From: an uncultured Eubacteriales bacterium
GTDB lineage: Bacteria > Acidobacteriota > Aminicenantia > Aminicenantales > UBA4085
DNA length: 30,871 nt
NCBI GenBank assembly: GCA_964430165.1
Contig: CAYSGA010000001.1
Coordinates: forward strand, 1-30,871
Direction: 5' to 3'
Under the pieces are notes generated by a model. That model did no database searches and was not told the DNA's origin. It saw only the letters and a program-made list of their open reading frames with translations. Below, piece after piece: positions 18,190-26,862 of this stretch (position 1 is its first letter; the number at the start of each line of letters is the position of its first letter). The translations under genes were made by a program, and so were the position numbers.

Positions 18190-19100
18190 CAGTCCACTCC
18201 CACCGTCCGGGCAAATAAATCCTCAAGCGAAGTCCGGCTTTTGACGAAATGCCGGATTTGGACGCCGGATTCCTCGGCCAAACGGAAAACTTCCCGGCGG
18301 TTCATCGCCGCGGGCAGGTAGACTTTGACGACCCCGTCCTCGGTTTCCTCGACCCGGCAATCGCGGCGGCGGAGGGCGTCCAAAAAGACTCCGCCCTCTC
18401 CTTTCACTTTCATCTCGTACAAACTGAATTGAACTTCGCGCAAGGCCGCGAGTTCCCCCTGGGCCGCGACCCTCCCCTTGTTCAGGATAACGAGCGAGCT
18501 GCAGGTTTTTTCGATATCGGTCAGGATATGCGAGGAAATCAGAACGTGGATGTCCTTTTTCGAGGTGATATCGGCGATCAATTCCAGGATATCGGTCCGG
18601 CCCTGGGGATCGAGGTTGGCCGTCGGTTCATCGAGGAATAGGATTTTCGGGTCGTGAACGAGCGCCTGGGCGAGCTTCAGGCGCTGTTTCATCCCGGCCG
18701 AATACGTCTCGAGGTGCCGGTAGCGGGCCTCGCCCAGCCCGACGTAGTAGAGAACGTCATGGGCCCGCTTCATCGCCTCGGCCCGGGGCATCCCCGAAAG
18801 CTCGCCGAAGTGGGAGGTGAAGGCGACGGCATCGAGGCCGGGAATGAAGCAGTCGTCCTCGGGCATGTAGCCGACGACCCGCCGGATGCCGAACGAATCC
18901 TTCCGGATGTCGTGACCCAGGACCAGTCCTTCACCGGTGTCGGGGCGGAGAAAACCCAGCAGGACCTTCAGGAGGGTGCTTTTTCCGGCGCCGTTGGGGC
19001 CGAGAAGGCCGCAGGCGCCTTCCCCGATTTGGAGCGACACGCCGTCGAGGGCCTTAACCGGTCCGTAGCTGAACCGGACGTCCTGAAGCTCGATGTTCAT
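18189..19100 (-). CDS. ABC transporter ATP-binding protein
   Basis: Walker A GPNGAGKS, signature YSAGMKQR, Walker B ILFLDEP, H-loop SSH. Confidence 0.95.
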   Translation of the reverse strand: MNIELQDVRFSYGPVKALDGVSLQIGEGACGLLGPNGAGKSTLLKVLLGFLRPDTGEGLVLGHDIRKDSFGIRRVVGYMPEDDCFIPGLDAVAFTSHFGELSGMPRAEAMKRAHDVLYYVGLGEARYRHLETYSAGMKQRLKLAQALVHDPKILFLDEPTANLDPQGRTDILELIADITSKKDIHVLISSHILTDIEKTCSSLVILNKGRVAAQGELAALREVQFSLYEMKVKGEGGVFLDALRRRDCRVEETEDGVVKVYLPAAMNRREVFRLAEESGVQIRHFVKSRTSLEDLFARTVGVD

Positions 19101-19151
19101 ATAAGCGCTTCCGCTGATTTATACGAAATCGGAAGGAATTTGTTCCCGACC

Positions 19152-20765
19152 TCAGGCCCAGGGAGTCGGCGGCACTTTTTGGCCGTCGCCGAAAACCATG
19201 GCCCGGTAGGCTTTTTCGATCCGGTCCCAATTTTCCTCGCGATCGAGCGACCAGTACCGCCCGAGCACGGTGACCACCCGGCCCACGCCGAGCTCGCGGC
19301 ATTTATCCTCGACTTTCTCGACATAGAGCGCGCCGCTTTCGGGGCGCTCACCCCGCCGGCCCAGGAAGCCGTGGATATAAACGTCCCGGAGGCCTTGCCG
19401 GCGGGCGGATTCCAACAGCGCGAACAGGTGACGGATCGTCCCGTGGGAACTGTAATGCGAGATGATGCCCATCAAGTGAAGCGCCCGCCCCTTTTTTCGA
19501 GCCTGTTGCATCGCCTCGACGAACGCCTCGTTTTGATAAAAACCGCCGTCGGCGACAGCCCGGTCGATCCGGACCCGGTCCAGAAACACTCGGCGCCCGG
19601 CTCCAATATGAAGATGGCCGGCCTCGGAGTTGCCGACCGTTCCCGGGGGCATTCCGACGGCCTCGCCCGAGGCCTGAAGGCTCGTATGAGGACAGGCCTC
19701 CCACAGCTCGTCGAAATTCGGCGTCGAGGCGGCAGCGATGAGATTACCCTCACCGGCCGGCCCCAATCCCCAGCCGTCGAGAATCAGGAGGATGATTTTT
19801 CGCCGCGGCGGCACGACATCCCCCCGCGAACCGAAGAGGCTTTCGCCGGTCATCTCGCCCGGCTTCGGAAGACCGAAAAGGTCCAGGATGGTCGGGGCCA
19901 CATCGGAAAGCTCGCCGCCTTCTCGAAGCGTTACGCCCGGAAGCGCCGGCGCGGCGAAATCGGCGAAGATGAAGGGGACTGGGCTTTTCGTATGTCCCGT
20001 GTCGATCTTGCCGTCCGGATAGAGCCAATCCTCGACGGTCCCGTGGTCGGCCGTGACCAGAAGCGTCGCCCTGTTTTCCCGGGCGACCCGGACGACCCGT
20101 CCCAGGGCGGTGTCCACGCTTTCCACGGCCTTGATGATGGCGGACCTGTTTTCGATATGCCCGACGACGTCGACGTTGGCGAGATTGGCGATGACCAGGG
20201 CATGGACCTGGTCGGCCGCGCCGGCCGAGACCACGTCAATGACCGCGGCTGCGGACATCTCCGGAACGGCGTCATAATACGCCACTCCCTCGGGCGACGG
20301 GACGACCACCCGGTTTTCGCCGGGGAACACGTCCTCGCTCTTGCCGTTGAGGAAATAGCCGACGTGAATCGCCTTTTCGGATTCAGAGACCTTGAGGAGG
20401 GAAAGCCCCGCGCGGGCGACGACCTCGGCCAGGGTGTTGCGGAGCTTGCTCTCGGGCGGAAACGCGACGCGGACGGGAAGGCCCGGAGCGTATTCGATCA
20501 GCGTCGTGTAATGGAGTTTCAAATCGCCGGCGGTCTGGAAATGCGCAAAATCCGGGTCAACGAGACTCTGGGTGATCTCAACCTCCCGCTCGCCGCGGAT
20601 ATCGTAAAAAATGAGGGAGTCGCCCGGGCCGACCCGGCCGACCGGCCGACCGGCTTCGTCCGTCGCGATCAGGGGTTCAAGGGCCTCGTCCTCCTGGCCG
20701 GACCGGTAGGCCCGGCGGATCGCCTCGCCCAGGGCCGTTCGAGGATGGGTGTCGTGTCCGCTCAT
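19152..20765 (-). CDS. gpmI: 2,3-bisphosphoglycerate-independent phosphoglycerate mutase, circularly permuted
   Basis: GpmI motifs are present in rotated order: residues 1-311 carry IRGER, ESEK, NVDVVGH, TADHG, GHT and DVAPTIL; residues 323-537 carry ILLILDGWG, GNSEAGH, VYIHGFL and GRYWSLDR. Confidence 0.9.
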   Translation of the reverse strand: MSGHDTHPRTALGEAIRRAYRSGQEDEALEPLIATDEAGRPVGRVGPGDSLIFYDIRGEREVEITQSLVDPDFAHFQTAGDLKLHYTTLIEYAPGLPVRVAFPPESKLRNTLAEVVARAGLSLLKVSESEKAIHVGYFLNGKSEDVFPGENRVVVPSPEGVAYYDAVPEMSAAAVIDVVSAGAADQVHALVIANLANVDVVGHIENRSAIIKAVESVDTALGRVVRVARENRATLLVTADHGTVEDWLYPDGKIDTGHTKSPVPFIFADFAAPALPGVTLREGGELSDVAPTILDLFGLPKPGEMTGESLFGSRGDVVPPRRKIILLILDGWGLGPAGEGNLIAAASTPNFDELWEACPHTSLQASGEAVGMPPGTVGNSEAGHLHIGAGRRVFLDRVRIDRAVADGGFYQNEAFVEAMQQARKKGRALHLMGIISHYSSHGTIRHLFALLESARRQGLRDVYIHGFLGRRGERPESGALYVEKVEDKCRELGVGRVVTVLGRYWSLDREENWDRIEKAYRAMVFGDGQKVPPTPWA

Positions 20766-20805
20766 TTTATTTTATGGTCGCTCGTGGTGAGTTCGAGAGC
20801 CCCCT

Positions 20806-20834
20806 ACTATAGAAAGGCGGCCCGGCAATGTCAA
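20806..20834 (-). promoter_or_regulatory. Near-consensus sigma70 promoter for gpmI, possibly also driving the ABC cassette
   Basis: Minus strand TTGACA (20834-20829), 17-bp spacer, TATAGT (20811-20806), 40 nt upstream of ATG 20765. Confidence 0.75.
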
Positions 20835-21057
20835 ATTTGGAACGGACTTTTTCTCTTCTCGACGGGAGGTTGCGGCTTGAGAAAATTGCGGCTTCAAAAA
20901 AAGGAGCGTCCTCGTGGATCCGCATATTCTTGCGATTCTTCTCCCCTCCCCCGAAGAGGAAATCTGACCCGGCGAGTTGGGGGGGATCATCCGCGCGAAA
21001 CAAACCGGACCGTCGCGGGCGATCGCCAAATGAATATTCAAATATTTTTTATTCTGC

Positions 21058-21087
21058 TTGAGTCGGGCGGAGATGTTTTGTTATTCT
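21058..21087 (+). promoter_or_regulatory. Candidate promoter for the ATP-grasp gene
   Basis: TTGAGT (21058-21063), 18-bp spacer, TATTCT (21082-21087) preceded by TG at the extended -10 position. Confidence 0.4.
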
Positions 21088-21189
21088 ATGATCGGGTTAT
21101 GGAAGAGAGAGTCGGACGAAAAAGTTGTTTCTGGGCGAAGTCCGCTCTTTCCGAAAAAGTCATCGGACGATTGACGATGAGATGTTCCC

Positions 21190-22224
21190 ATGGATAACCT
21201 GCGGCGGGACCTGCCCGTTCTCCTGCTCCACAACATGGATCCCGGTTGGACTTCGGAGGAGAAGCAGGAAGCCGAGCTGGATGTCTCGACGCTCGGCGAC
21301 GCGCTGAAGGCGTTGGGCCATCCCGTCGAAGTCCTGGCGGTTGAAGACGCGTATCTCGCCGACCGGCTCAGGGCTTTCAATCCTCGGGAATTTATCGTGT
21401 TCAACTGGTGCGAGGAGATCCCCGGCATCCCCCACAGCGAACCGGAGGTGGCTTCGGTCATGGAGCGGCTAGGATTCGTCTTCACCGGCTCGCCGTACGA
21501 CGTGCTTTCCCCGCCCCACGACAAGCCGCGGGTAAAACGCATCCTCGATGAACGGAATCTCCCCACGCCGCCCTGGGCCGTCTTCGAAACGCCCGCGGCC
21601 GGAGAATGGAACGTTTTTCCGGCCATCGTCAAGGCGGCCCACGAGCACTGCAGCATCGGTATCTCGGCCGATTCCGTCGTCACGTCTCCGGTCGAGCTCG
21701 AAAACCGCGTGGCCTACATCCTGGACAATCACAAACAGCCCGCGCTGGTCGAAGAGTTTATCAACGGACGGGAATTTCACTGCGCGGCCTGGGGCAACGG
21801 AACGGCCGCCATGCTCCCCGCGGCCGAGATGGATTACGGCGGGATGACGGACATCCGCGACCGCCTCTTCACCTACGAAGCCAAGTACGTTCCCGGATCC
21901 CGCCTCTATGAGGGAATCGACCTGCGCGTGCCGGCGGAACTGGAACCCGGGGCGAGGGCAGAAATCGAGCGAATCGTGCTGGCCACCTACCGGGCGACCG
22001 GTTGCCGGGATTACGGCCGCATCGACCTCAGGTATCTCGACGGGGTCTTCCATGTCATCGACGTCAACCCGAATCCCGATATCAACCCGCAGACCTCGAT
22101 GACTTACGCCGCGGCCGAAGTGGGTTACTCTTACGGGGAAATGGGCAGCCGCATCGTCAACCTGGCGGCCGCCCGGCACCCTGTTTTTCGAAAAGCCGAC
22201 AAGCCCGCCTCCTCCCTGGAATAA
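21190..22224 (+). CDS. D-Ala-D-Ala ligase-like ATP-grasp enzyme
   Basis: FNWCE, FVFTGS, DKPRVKRIL, FPAIVK, LVEEFINGREF, TYEAKY, GCRDYGRIDLR and DVNPNP motifs; lacks the N-terminal GGxSxEHxVS motif of true Ddl. Confidence 0.85.
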   Translation: MDNLRRDLPVLLLHNMDPGWTSEEKQEAELDVSTLGDALKALGHPVEVLAVEDAYLADRLRAFNPREFIVFNWCEEIPGIPHSEPEVASVMERLGFVFTGSPYDVLSPPHDKPRVKRILDERNLPTPPWAVFETPAAGEWNVFPAIVKAAHEHCSIGISADSVVTSPVELENRVAYILDNHKQPALVEEFINGREFHCAAWGNGTAAMLPAAEMDYGGMTDIRDRLFTYEAKYVPGSRLYEGIDLRVPAELEPGARAEIERIVLATYRATGCRDYGRIDLRYLDGVFHVIDVNPNPDINPQTSMTYAAAEVGYSYGEMGSRIVNLAAARHPVFRKADKPASSLE

Positions 22225-22233
22225 GGAGAAGGT

Positions 22234-23805
22234 CTATTCTTCCGGAGCCGTCCGGTTCCGGTATTTCTCGATTTCCGATTCTTTCTTGAGCTTTTCCAGC
22301 TGGAGTTTTAAAAGCTCGACCTGTGTTTCGAGATCTCCCAGGGACAATTTCCGCAGCGCTTCGACGATGTCTTGAGCATCCCCCAACGTTTCGGCGACGA
22401 CGTCCCGGACCGCCGCAAGCGCGGAGGCCGCGCCCGCCGCGGATGCGGCCGACGCCGAAGCGGCGGACTTGGAGAGGCCGACGACCCGGCCCTGGCCGTT
22501 GATGACCAGCTGCATGTTCCGGGAGGAAAACGCTTTCCGGTCATAACCAACGTTGAGAACGGGAGTCCCGGGATGAAGGACGAAGATCAGTTTCTCGTCC
22601 AGCCGGGCGAAAACCCGGCGAAACCGCTTGGCCTCCCGGTCGGCCGCATCAAGCCAGGCATAAATCCGGAGAAAACCCGGAATCGGTTCCCGATAATAAA
22701 CCCGGACCTCCTTTTTTTTTGCGGGGGCCGGCCCGACGGCCGGTTGAACCGGGCCGTCCGGCAGGACGAGCGCCGGGTCAAAGACGACGACGATTCCCGT
22801 CTCCCGGTACAGGTCCAATGCCCTGGGAAATTTTTTTTCGAGGGCCGCGACGACCTGACCCTCGTCGGAAACGCCGGCTAAAACGGCCGACGGCGGCAGT
22901 TCCGTGACTTCCAGGTGTCGCCGGACCGTCCGTTCCCGTGTCGTCCGGCCGAATCCCTCCGCCGCGGCGAACTTTTTTGCGGCCGCGGCGAAGACCGTCC
23001 GGGCCTGCTCGGCCTGCTTTTCCAGGAACCGGATCGATCCTTCGAGAAACTCGGCCCGTTTTTCGGCCAGGGAATACCGGGCCGGTTCAGAGGCCTCGAC
23101 CGCCTCGTCCGTGGGACCGCGGAGGGCACGCCTCCGGTCGGACAACTCGTCCTCGAGGCGATCGACCTCCCCCCAAAGTTCCCCGGCGGACGCCGATTCC
23201 TGGAGAAAGTACAAGGCTTCGAGGGAAAGAGATTCCAGACGCCGTTTACGCCGTTCCGAATCTTCCGTCGACGGTTTTTCCGGGTCCGGTGGCGCGAGTG
23301 CGCGGACGACGCCTCCGGGATCAAGGCCCGGCGATCCCCGGAATCCGGCCGCCGCCCCGGCGACTTCCCCAACCACGCGGGCGACCTGAACAAGAATTTC
23401 CGCCGACCGGTCTTTCGAGACGAAGTCGACGGAACTCAAAAGGCCGTTGTCCCCCACGCGAATGGCCATGGATTGGTCGCTTGCGCCCCGGGGAACAACG
23501 TCGAGGAAATAAACATTCGCCGGGTCGGCCGACGTCTTGAGGGAAACGGACGCGTTCGTCGAGGAGATCCCCGTTTCCGTTTCCTCCCTCAGCGGTTTTC
23601 CACCGTCGGAAACCACCCTGGTTTCAACGAATTCCGTCACGTTCGCCTCGACGACGACGAAATCCCTGGCGAGATAATACCTCAGCCCCCCCGGATGCTC
23701 CGACGCCGGGGCCTGGAACGGTCCCAGGCCGACCGGCGCCGGTTTGCACCCCGTCATCAACCCCCAAGCCGCCGCTATTCCCATCACCCACCTCTTGGCC
23801 GTCAT
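22234..23805 (-). CDS. Hypothetical lipoprotein (523 aa) with coiled coils and a probable internal duplication
   Basis: Start at ATG 23805 (GGAGG upstream) gives MTAKRWVMGIAAAWGLMTG-C20 with a lipobox; central charged helical region; C-terminal Ala-rich stretch and leucine heptad LETQVELLKLQLEKLKKE. Confidence 0.8.
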   Translation of the reverse strand: MTAKRWVMGIAAAWGLMTGCKPAPVGLGPFQAPASEHPGGLRYYLARDFVVVEANVTEFVETRVVSDGGKPLREETETGISSTNASVSLKTSADPANVYFLDVVPRGASDQSMAIRVGDNGLLSSVDFVSKDRSAEILVQVARVVGEVAGAAAGFRGSPGLDPGGVVRALAPPDPEKPSTEDSERRKRRLESLSLEALYFLQESASAGELWGEVDRLEDELSDRRRALRGPTDEAVEASEPARYSLAEKRAEFLEGSIRFLEKQAEQARTVFAAAAKKFAAAEGFGRTTRERTVRRHLEVTELPPSAVLAGVSDEGQVVAALEKKFPRALDLYRETGIVVVFDPALVLPDGPVQPAVGPAPAKKKEVRVYYREPIPGFLRIYAWLDAADREAKRFRRVFARLDEKLIFVLHPGTPVLNVGYDRKAFSSRNMQLVINGQGRVVGLSKSAASASAASAAGAASALAAVRDVVAETLGDAQDIVEALRKLSLGDLETQVELLKLQLEKLKKESEIEKYRNRTAPEE

Positions 23806-23887
23806 CCATCCTCCCGTCCGGGCCACGTTTCCGGACCCCCCGGACGCCGATTCTTTTTGTTCATGTTTTCCGGCGAACGATTCTGCT

Positions 23888-24685
23888 TCATTTCATTTTG
23901 ACCGGCCGGGGGCCCGATTTTCGCCTCACGGCCGACGTTGACTTCTCCTCCCCAATCCAAAAGGGCTTCTCGCGAACGAATTCTTCGGCGCCGGGGCCGT
24001 AGAGATCGATCCGGGGATGCTGGGAGAAGAGGCTCGCGGAAATCACGTGGACCAGGTCCCGGTACCCTCCCTGGAAATCCTTGGAAAACGCGGCGCAAAA
24101 GGCGAGAGTGAACGCTCCGCCGCCGCGATACGCCAAGGCCGATTCCTCGTCCCGGGCCGCCCCGATATGAATCATGGACGCTCTCATCGGAGGGAGAGAC
24201 GGCCGGAGGACTGAAGGCGGCTGAACCGGGGCCCGCTTCCGGCCGCCGGAGAATTTGAAGTCCGTACCAGAATGGCACGAATCGCTGACCGCCAGGATTC
24301 GGACGCCTCCGTGAAATTCCCGCCAGAGCTCGCCGAGCTCGTCATCGTCGAGCGGACGATCGTAGGCCAGCATCAGTTCGTCGAACCCGTCGTCCTCGTC
24401 GCCTCCGGAGTCGGGACGTTGTTGGCCGTGGCCGGCGAAATAGAAAAAAAAGAAGTCCCCCGGCCGGGTCGTCCGAGCGGCTCGGTCCAAACGGCCCAGA
24501 ACGGCGTCCGCCGTCGCTTGGCCGGTTTTCAGACCGACGCTCAGGAATTGGAAGGCGGAAACCAGGTGAACGACCCGGTCGACATCGTCCTCGGCGCCCC
24601 AGCAACCCGAAGTCATGGAGCAGCCGTTGTAGGAAACCGGGTCGACCCGCGTCAACCCGACGACGACGGCCATTCCTTGCGCCAA
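23888..24685 (-). CDS. Metacaspase / caspase-family protease (peptidase C14)
   Basis: Catalytic dyad motifs FAGHG and SDSCHSG, plus DEDDGFDE and GGAFT. Start revised to TTG 24685, 6 nt after an AGGAGG RBS. No signal peptide. Confidence 0.92.
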   Translation of the reverse strand: MAQGMAVVVGLTRVDPVSYNGCSMTSGCWGAEDDVDRVVHLVSAFQFLSVGLKTGQATADAVLGRLDRAARTTRPGDFFFFYFAGHGQQRPDSGGDEDDGFDELMLAYDRPLDDDELGELWREFHGGVRILAVSDSCHSGTDFKFSGGRKRAPVQPPSVLRPSLPPMRASMIHIGAARDEESALAYRGGGAFTLAFCAAFSKDFQGGYRDLVHVISASLFSQHPRIDLYGPGAEEFVREKPFWIGEEKSTSAVRRKSGPRPVKMK

Positions 24686-24816
24686 TCTTTTCCTCCTGCC
24701 GGGCCCGGCCCGCGTTTCCCGCTTTTTCAACCTTTGAGTCGGAAAGATGGGAATAAAATGGAATAATGGAATATAATTCCGTCTTGCTTTTCAATTGAGA
24801 TAAAGGAGGACCTTCC

Positions 24817-26856
24817 GTGAAAAGAAACACCCTCGCAATTCTCCTGGCCGCCGGGCTTTCGCTTGCGACTCTCCCCGCCCAAAACCTGAAGCCGTTGTCG
24901 TTTGACGACTTTATCAAAGTCAAACGCCTGGCCGATCCCCGGCTTTCCCCCTGCGGAAAATGGATCGCCGCCACGGTTACGGTCATGGACAAGGAAGCGA
25001 ATAAGGGAAACAGCGACATCTGGATCGTGCCCGTCGCCGGCGGCGAACCGCGCCTTCTGGCGCCGAGTCCGGCCTCCGACAACACGCCCCGCTGGTCTCC
25101 CGACGGGAAACGGATCGCTTTCATCTCCTCCCGCGGGGGAACTCCTCAAATCTGGACGGTCGCTCCCGAGGGCGGCGAACCGATCCAACTCACGAACCTT
25201 TCCACCGGCGCGTCCGGGGTCATCTGGTCGCCCGACGGCAAACTCCTGGCCTTCGTCTCGTCGGTCTATCCCGATGCGGCCGACGATGCGGCCAACAAGG
25301 CTAAAAGCGAAGCGGCGGAATCGGGTAAGGTCAAGGCGCGTCTCTTCGATACGCTCCTCGTCCGGCACTGGAACGCCTGGAGCGACGGAAAGCGGAGCCA
25401 CGTATTCGTCGTTCCCGCCTCCGGCGGCGCTCCCGTCGATGTCACGCCCGGGGATTTCGACACTCCGCCGCTCGCTCTCGGCGGAAACCAGGATTACGCC
25501 TTTTCCCCCGACGGGACGGAAATCGCCTTCGTCCGCAACATCGACCCCGAATTCAAGAAGGGGTTGGGGACCAACAACGACCTCTTCCTCGTCCCGGCCG
25601 CCGGCGGAGAGATCAAGCAAGTCACCGTGAACAAGGCTAACGACCATTCGCCGGTCTACTCCCCCGACGGCCGGTATCTCGCCTACCTGGCCATGACCCG
25701 GCCCGGATTTGAGGCGGACAAGCAAAGCCTTTTGATCCTCGACCGGAAGACGAGGACCACGGTCAACCTGACGGAAACCCTGGACCGTTCGGTCGGCGAA
25801 ATGATCTGGACCGCGGACTCCGCGGCCCTGTACTTCGTCTGCGAGGACCGGGGCCGGACGGCCGTGTTCCGGGTCACGGTCGACGGCCGGAAGGTCGAAC
25901 GGGTCCTGGAGGGGCACAACCTGTCCTCGCTCAGCCTGACTCCGGACGGAAAAACGATTGTCTTCGCCAGACAGACAATGAATCATCCGACGGACATTTA
26001 CACGTACAACCTGACCGCGAAAAAAATCGACCAAATCACCGATATCAACAAGGAACTTTTATCCGGATTGGACATGAACCCGGCCGAAGAGGTCACCTTT
26101 CCCGGGGCTAACGACGAGCCCGTTCACGGCTGGCTTCTCAAGCCGCCCGCCTTTGACGCCTCCAAAAAATATCCCCTGGTGATTTTGATCCACGGCGGGC
26201 CGCAGGGCGCCTGGACCGACGAATTTCATTTCCGCTGGAACGCCCAGATGTTCGCCTCCCCCGGTTACGTCGTGGCCATGATCAACTTCCACGGCAGCAC
26301 GGGCTACGGCCAGGTCTTCACCGATTCGATCAGCGGCGACTGGGGCGGCAAGCCCTACGAAGACATCGTCAAGGGCCTGGGGTATCTCCACGGCAAGTAC
26401 CCGTTCATCGACAATACCCGGAGCGCCGCGGCCGGCGGGTCCTACGGCGGCTATATGGTCGATTGGATTGAAGGCCGACCCGAGAAGCTCTTCAACTGCC
26501 TCGTCGCCCATTCGGGCGTGTTCGACCTGCGGTCGATGTACGGCGCGACGGAGGAGCTGTGGTTCCCCGAATGGGAATACGAGGGCCCGCCCTGGACGAG
26601 CCCCGACCAGTATATGAAGTTTTCGCCTTCGAGTTACGTCCAAAACTTCAAGACTCCGTGCCTCGTCATTCACGGGGCGAAGGACTTCCGGGTTCCGCTG
26701 GAACAGGGGCTTCAGATGTATACGTCGCTGCAGCGGATGAACGTCCCGTCCAAGTTCCTCTATTTCCCCGACGAGGATCACTTTATCCTGAAGCCGCAGA
26801 ACTCGGAATTGTGGTACAAGACGGTCTGGGAGTGGTTCGCGGAACACTTGAAATAG
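24817..26856 (+). CDS. S9 family peptidase (prolyl oligopeptidase/dipeptidyl peptidase), secreted
   Basis: GTG start after AAGGAGG; signal peptide; WSPDG/PD40-type propeller repeats; IHGGPQG, GGSYGG (Ser), DFRV (Asp) and DEDH (His). Confidence 0.95.
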   Translation: MKRNTLAILLAAGLSLATLPAQNLKPLSFDDFIKVKRLADPRLSPCGKWIAATVTVMDKEANKGNSDIWIVPVAGGEPRLLAPSPASDNTPRWSPDGKRIAFISSRGGTPQIWTVAPEGGEPIQLTNLSTGASGVIWSPDGKLLAFVSSVYPDAADDAANKAKSEAAESGKVKARLFDTLLVRHWNAWSDGKRSHVFVVPASGGAPVDVTPGDFDTPPLALGGNQDYAFSPDGTEIAFVRNIDPEFKKGLGTNNDLFLVPAAGGEIKQVTVNKANDHSPVYSPDGRYLAYLAMTRPGFEADKQSLLILDRKTRTTVNLTETLDRSVGEMIWTADSAALYFVCEDRGRTAVFRVTVDGRKVERVLEGHNLSSLSLTPDGKTIVFARQTMNHPTDIYTYNLTAKKIDQITDINKELLSGLDMNPAEEVTFPGANDEPVHGWLLKPPAFDASKKYPLVILIHGGPQGAWTDEFHFRWNAQMFASPGYVVAMINFHGSTGYGQVFTDSISGDWGGKPYEDIVKGLGYLHGKYPFIDNTRSAAAGGSYGGYMVDWIEGRPEKLFNCLVAHSGVFDLRSMYGATEELWFPEWEYEGPPWTSPDQYMKFSPSSYVQNFKTPCLVIHGAKDFRVPLEQGLQMYTSLQRMNVPSKFLYFPDEDHFILKPQNSELWYKTVWEWFAEHLK

Positions 26857-26862
26857 TCCGGG

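Noticed and set aside
15580-19100. Four-gene ABC cassette (two ATPases, two permeases) as a novelty
   Set aside because: This ABC-2 arrangement is common; nothing unusual was seen beyond its position downstream of gpmI.
18654-21197. 847-aa plus-strand ORF, and other long antisense ORFs such as 24727-26034, 4107-4991, 4993-5979, 8180-8719, 9013-9870, 22915-23901 and 29181-30188
   Set aside because: They lie opposite well-supported genes, have no recognisable motifs, and show the composition expected of antisense shadows in GC-rich DNA.
21190-22224. Assigning the symbol ddl or a vancomycin-resistance ligase call
   Set aside because: The N-terminal D-Ala-binding motif is missing and there are no mur/fts or van genes nearby.
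22234-23805. Gasdermin next to the caspase-family protease
   Set aside because: The partner is about twice the size of typical bacterial gasdermins, has a signal peptide with lipobox rather than a near-N-terminal Cys on a cytoplasmic protein, and is rich in coiled coil. No gasdermin pattern was recognised.
22712-24451. Homopolymer tracts in the lipoprotein (A9 at 22712-22720, A8 at 22831-22838) and metacaspase (T8 at 24444-24451) as phase-variation or frameshift sites
   Set aside because: They are explained by Lys and Phe codon runs (AKKKE, EKKF, DFFFFY), both frames are intact, and there is no useful alternative-frame product.
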